NCBI GenBank assembly: GCA_964447495.1
Contig: CAYUTF010000093.1
Location: 1 to 11,877 of the forward strand
From: an uncultured archaeon
Lineage (GTDB): Archaea; Asgardarchaeota; Lokiarchaeia; Sigyniarchaeales; SOKP01
DNA: 11,877 nt
Direction of reading: 5' to 3'
Part shown: piece after piece, positions 7,726 through 11,877 of the stretch
Layout of the letters: the number at the start of each line of letters is the position of its first letter
How positions within the stretch are numbered: the first letter of the stretch is position 1
Translations under genes and position numbers: made by a program
Notes under the pieces: generated by a model
Databases searched by the model: none
Seen by the model: the letters and a program-made list of their open reading frames with translations, nothing else
What the model was told of the DNA's origin: nothing

Positions 7726-7826
7726 GGAGTAAAAACCTTTATAATTCTATTCTTAAAACGCTAGTAATAATTCTAATTTTTATATGTAACAAAAAGAATA
7801 AATAATTATGTTTTTTTATCAAATGT

Positions 7827-7840
7827 AAAGCTTTAATTAT
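7827..7840 (+). promoter_or_regulatory. Putative BRE/TATA-like element upstream of the GTPase-roadblock gene
   Basis: AAAGCTTTAATTAT lies about 80 nt upstream of ATG 7916. A second candidate, AAAAACCTTTATAA, is at 7731-7744 on the + strand. Confidence 0.3.
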
Positions 7841-7915
7841 TAGAAATTTCATATTAATTAAAACTTTTTTTGATTAGCAAAAATTGAACTTACTAGGATT
7901 CTAGTTGATAAAATT

Positions 7916-9124
7916 ATGTCAGAAAATGATACTAAAAATGTAAAAGTTAAAGATTTCTTTAAAAGAACAGTTATTATTAATGAAATCGACGAAGTATTAG
8001 CCTTTAAACCAGATACTCTAATAGGTATTGATCAAGTGTCTTCTGATACATTAATCGATAATAATATTAAAAATATTGAACAATTAGCAAATCTTCAAGT
8101 CGATAATCTTCCCGATATCAAGGAGATTCCGACAATAATTTTAATTAAATGGGTTAAAACTGCACAAGTTATCGTTCGTGCAATTAAGGAACAACTAAAA
8201 TCTCACAAGAAATTGTTGATGATTGGGTTAGATAATGGGGGAAAGACGTCCATTTTAGCAGTACTCCAAGATAGGTTCTCAATAATTAAATCGCTATTAC
8301 CCACAAGGGGAGTAAAAAGAGAAAAATTGGATTTTTTTGGATATCCTATAATTTCTTGGGATCTTGGAGGACAAGTGCAATATCGAGAAAAACTGTATTT
8401 TAATCGCCCAGAATTGTTTTTCACTGAAGTGGATTTGGTATTATATGTCGTAGACACGCAAGATTCTGAAAGATTTGTAGAATCTGCCAATTATTTCCGT
8501 CAAGTATTAAAAGCTCTACAAGATTTAAATGAAGCTCCACCAGTTTTAGTGGTACTTAGTAAAAGTGATCAAGATTTAAGAACGACACGAGAATGGCAAA
8601 ACAATATTAATGCGATAAAAACCAAATTTTCTCATATCATAAATGAATATGAAAATGTTTCAATCGATTTCGCAGACACCACTATCTATCAAAAAGAAAC
8701 CATTATGCAGATGTTTAGTACCGCATTAAAGAAAGTGTCAGACACTTCGGAGATTATCGAAAATATTCTTGAAGATTTTACAATAACAATTGAGGGTAAA
8801 GCAACAAGCTTAATTTCCATGGATGGCTTAATTTTTGGTAGTTATAATACAACGGATACTGATGAGGCGTTATTAAATAACACCGCTCTGATTATGCAAA
8901 CTCTTTCTAATTTTCATAACTCAATAGGTCTTATAAGAGAAACATCAATAACACTAGATTTCCCTGTAAATAGGTTTGCAATAACAGGAGAAAAGTTGTT
9001 TGAGTATTCGGATTTACATATTCCAGTCTATTTATGGCTTCTTTCTGAGAATCCTGACTTATTATACGAAAAAATAGATTATTTCCGCGAACAATTATTA
9101 CCCTTAATTAATATGTTCTTATAA
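7916..9124 (+). CDS. Arf/Rag-like small GTPase fused to an N-terminal HhH-like domain and a C-terminal roadblock/longin-like domain
   Basis: G1 GLDNGGKT, G2 PTRG, G3 WDLGGQ, G4 SKSD, G5 TTIY. The C-terminal ATSLISMDGLIFGS is a roadblock-like beta hairpin. The N-terminal TLIGIDQVSSDTLIDNNIKNIEQLA resembles RadA/Rad51 N-terminal-type HhH. Confidence 0.85.
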   Translation: MSENDTKNVKVKDFFKRTVIINEIDEVLAFKPDTLIGIDQVSSDTLIDNNIKNIEQLANLQVDNLPDIKEIPTIILIKWVKTAQVIVRAIKEQLKSHKKLLMIGLDNGGKTSILAVLQDRFSIIKSLLPTRGVKREKLDFFGYPIISWDLGGQVQYREKLYFNRPELFFTEVDLVLYVVDTQDSERFVESANYFRQVLKALQDLNEAPPVLVVLSKSDQDLRTTREWQNNINAIKTKFSHIINEYENVSIDFADTTIYQKETIMQMFSTALKKVSDTSEIIENILEDFTITIEGKATSLISMDGLIFGSYNTTDTDEALLNNTALIMQTLSNFHNSIGLIRETSITLDFPVNRFAITGEKLFEYSDLHIPVYLWLLSENPDLLYEKIDYFREQLLPLINMFL

Positions 9125-9136
9125 CCATAATTTTCT

Positions 9137-9343
9137 CTATTCTAACTCATTTTTTGCGGCTATTAAATATTCATTGCATTTATCCATCATAGCCATGGCA
9201 TTCTCTAAATGTTGCGCCACCGAGTTAAGGGCAAGATCAGAAGCAATATTTTTCCACTTTTCAAAACTTTCTTTATGGGAAAGATTATGATTTGCCCAAT
9301 GCTCACATAATTTCTTTAACTTTAAAACATCCTTATCTACCAT
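9137..9343 (-). CDS. Small helical-hairpin protein with HWxxHNxxH motif, putative metal (Ni)-binding protein
   Basis: KLKKLCEHWANHNLSHKESFEKW has three His at helical i/i+4/i+8 spacing. The SD-like AGGGTGA (minus strand, 9349-9355) overlaps the ORF track's GTG at 9352, which favours ATG 9343 (or 9346) as the start. Confidence 0.7.
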   Translation of the reverse strand: MVDKDVLKLKKLCEHWANHNLSHKESFEKWKNIASDLALNSVAQHLENAMAMMDKCNEYLIAAKNELE

Positions 9344-9358
9344 CATTTTCACCCTATT

Positions 9359-9392
9359 AAAATAAATAAAAAATAAAAAAAGAATGAAAAAA
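9359..9392 (-). terminator. Oligo-T tract downstream of cdhA, putative archaeal intrinsic terminator
   Basis: The minus strand reads TTTTTTCATTCTTTTTTTATTTTTTATTTATTTT, beginning about 17 nt after the cdhA stop. Confidence 0.4.
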
Positions 9393-9409
9393 TAATTTGT
9401 GTTGAGATT

Positions 9410-11761
9410 TTAGGTTCTACAGAGTCGCTTAATTAAAGTAGGATCAACGATTTCTCTTGGTTTCCAGTTTCTGTCTTTAAGGAATTGCGTAATTTCATCT
9501 TTTAGATTGATAGGAATATCGGCTTCTACTCGAATGAACCTCTCTAAATCATTTGGAAATTGTACTCCCTTATATTTTCTTTCTAAGTCAATCCAATGAG
9601 AGAGCTTTATCATTCTTCCTTTGGAGTTATCAGCAGGTCTTAAAGCTAATTTAGCAACTAAACATATTGCTTGTTCTATTGTTTCAGCTGTAGTTAATAA
9701 GTGTTCCGGTCCCGGACCAATAAGGACATCCGGAGTCCCATCGCGTGCATTAAATACTTTCCATGTATCCTCATCATCAGAACGTCCAATATACATTCTT
9801 CTATATTCTGCAGCATGCGGCCCACAAACCGCTGGTACACCTAACCCATTAGCTCCAGAAGCAATACTGGCAGCCTTCTGAGACATCGCACCCCAAGCGA
9901 CTCCAACCGCACCAACACGATTTAGGATATAATCCGCAATTTCTTCGAAATTCCCTCGTAACGGACGTCTAGCAAAGATATTGGCAACTTTACATGCTGC
10001 TCCAGTAATATGTGGATTGGACACACATGAACCAACATTTACTAATCCACCACGATCAAAATCTCCTGGGAAACGGTCATATAAGGTTTTTCCATCTTCA
10101 TCCTTAACTAAACCAATATCCATCGCACCGCATCCAGAAACTACAACAATGTAATTTCTTATCAGAAATTCCTCTGCCATCATATACAATTCTTGAATTT
10201 CTTTTCCATAGGCCGGACAACCGATTATTGCAACAATACCAGGAATCTCTCCGAGCACAATTGGAGCACCAACATTACGAATTTCTGTATCTTGAATAGG
10301 ACCTCTTCCTACTCTCATATTGAAAGTTTCATTTCTGATCTTATCTCGTCCCGCAAACATTATTAGTGTCAATGGTGAGACCCCTTTCATACAATCTGCT
10401 TCACATCTACCACAATCTAAACAACTATCAAACGCTTCTGCCAATACAGAAAAGTCTCCTTCTTTAGCTAATCTTACACCCTCAACTAAAGGAAGATCAT
10501 TTGGACAGTTTCGTTGACAATTACCACATCCATTGCAATGATATGCCATATCAATACAACCTTGCTTGTCAGGAATACCACTTCTCGCTTTTCTAATTGG
10601 TTTAACTTTAATTGCTGTTTCAACAGCTACAATACCAGCCTTAACGGGATCTAATATTAAAACACCAGGAACTTTTCCACTCACCAGATCTTCAATGATT
10701 CCTTCAGCAGGATCATCTGTTCTGTCTGGTAAACCTCCCATATTTTTCTCATTTGTCGCAATAAATGGAGCTCCAACTAATTGAGCTTGTTCAAAACTAC
10801 GAAGATTTACACATTGCTCATCCACCATAACAACATCAGCCAAGCCTGAACGTATGAAAAACATTTGTCGCGACATTGAACCAACAACTTTTGCACCATC
10901 ATAATATCGGGTGAGATCAAGCGCAGTACAACAAATCGCACCTACATCAACTTTATCATTTAAATCCTTCTCACGAATATAATCTACTAATTCAATTCCC
11001 GGAGCAACATTATGCCCAATCATCAAAATAGATGCTTTATTTTCAGTATCCATTGTTCCCATGCCTAATTTTACAATAGGGACATCTGCTTCGCCCATTG
11101 GGAACCCATAAGCTGCAATTTGGACGGCATCGGCGATCTCCATACCAACCTCGTCAGCTAATCCCGCAACAAAACTCTTATTTTCATAATCCAAATAATG
11201 CGACTCTTGACCCGTGTGACCTGCAGCTAATAAGTGTGTAATTGTATAATGGACCCATTCCATTGCTGTCTCCAAGTCCTCTAAGGTTTCTGGCTTCATG
11301 CCAACCAGAAGCCGCGTTATAGGCATTTCGACCGCGATATTGTTACCGAAATTAATTGGAACGTTCCCGTATTTCTGTTTAAGCCAATGAAGAAGATGAT
11401 CGCCGTGGGCGCTATGACAAGCCGCTCCAATCGCACAAGCTATCTCTACAATTCGAGCTTGTTGCGTCTCCATATTTATTCCGCATGCTCCTGTTCTACC
11501 TTTGGAAAGATTGCATTTCCCGTACGTACATAAGCAGCACATATCGCAAATGGGCATATAATAAGGTTTATATCGATCCATTAGTTTGAAAAACCAATTA
11601 CGTAGAGTCGGTATATGTGGCTTCGGTGTGGGACCCATTTCTTCCCATTCCGATTCGTCGCCTTCACTTTTTATCTTGCCCGCAGTAAACTCAAATCCTT
11701 TGATTGTTCCGAGCGGCCCTTTATAAGAATCAATTTTGATTTTAGTACCTTTTTCAGTCAT
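9410..11761 (-). CDS. cdhA: CO dehydrogenase/acetyl-CoA synthase (ACDS) complex alpha subunit, archaeal Ni-CODH
   Basis: CDMCCLCTYGKCNL...GACG (D/B clusters), HSAHGDH, C-cluster ligand motifs GHN, ICCT, DEQC, IIGC, SGC and GSCVSN, SQKA Lys, two ferredoxin motifs CNGCGNCQRNCP and CLDCGRCEADC (archaeal E/F clusters), and a C-terminal DPT; 783 aa. Confidence 0.97.
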   Translation of the reverse strand: MTEKGTKIKIDSYKGPLGTIKGFEFTAGKIKSEGDESEWEEMGPTPKPHIPTLRNWFFKLMDRYKPYYMPICDMCCLCTYGKCNLSKGRTGACGINMETQQARIVEIACAIGAACHSAHGDHLLHWLKQKYGNVPINFGNNIAVEMPITRLLVGMKPETLEDLETAMEWVHYTITHLLAAGHTGQESHYLDYENKSFVAGLADEVGMEIADAVQIAAYGFPMGEADVPIVKLGMGTMDTENKASILMIGHNVAPGIELVDYIREKDLNDKVDVGAICCTALDLTRYYDGAKVVGSMSRQMFFIRSGLADVVMVDEQCVNLRSFEQAQLVGAPFIATNEKNMGGLPDRTDDPAEGIIEDLVSGKVPGVLILDPVKAGIVAVETAIKVKPIRKARSGIPDKQGCIDMAYHCNGCGNCQRNCPNDLPLVEGVRLAKEGDFSVLAEAFDSCLDCGRCEADCMKGVSPLTLIMFAGRDKIRNETFNMRVGRGPIQDTEIRNVGAPIVLGEIPGIVAIIGCPAYGKEIQELYMMAEEFLIRNYIVVVSGCGAMDIGLVKDEDGKTLYDRFPGDFDRGGLVNVGSCVSNPHITGAACKVANIFARRPLRGNFEEIADYILNRVGAVGVAWGAMSQKAASIASGANGLGVPAVCGPHAAEYRRMYIGRSDDEDTWKVFNARDGTPDVLIGPGPEHLLTTAETIEQAICLVAKLALRPADNSKGRMIKLSHWIDLERKYKGVQFPNDLERFIRVEADIPINLKDEITQFLKDRNWKPREIVDPTLIKRLCRT

Positions 11762-11877
11762 AATTAATCATTTCTGAGATTTTTTATAAAATTTTTTATT
11801 TATGAATTTATCAATATTTAATTTTATTTTAAACTATGGAATAGATAAATTGCGAATAATAAAGATTAATGATTATA

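Noticed and set aside
8203-8490. 95-aa minus-strand ORF
   Set aside because: Antisense to the GTPase domain, which has clear G1-G3 motifs here.
9621-10784. Three short plus-strand ORFs
   Set aside because: Antisense shadows of the highly conserved cdhA.
9410-11761. Higher GC content of cdhA as a sign of horizontal transfer
   Set aside because: Explained by the Gly/Ala/Pro/Cys-rich conserved protein; no mobility genes or flanking repeats were seen.

Overview
AT-rich archaeal window, most consistent with an Asgard archaeon of the Lokiarchaeia type (inferred from the archaeal-type CODH/ACS alpha subunit occurring with Rab-like and Arf/Rag-like small GTPases, a roadblock-like domain, a SNAP/TPR-like solenoid and RING-type zinc fingers). 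It holds ten plausible CDSs: a Rab-like GTPase with degenerate G1/G3 motifs, a maltokinase (Mak/Pep2)-like kinase, divergent RHH and ArsR-type regulators, a SNAP/TPR-like protein, a stand-alone MtrH-family methyltransferase, a VWA + double C4HC3 RING/PHD-like protein resembling TFIIH p44/Ssl1 or Rpn10 VWA proteins, an HhH-like + GTPase + roadblock-like fusion, a small HWxxHNxxH protein and cdhA. The most notable element is the head-to-head pair of the VWA-double-RING gene and the Rag-architecture GTPase gene. I saw no RNA genes, CRISPR arrays or mobile elements. All family calls come from motif recognition by eye, not from database searches.
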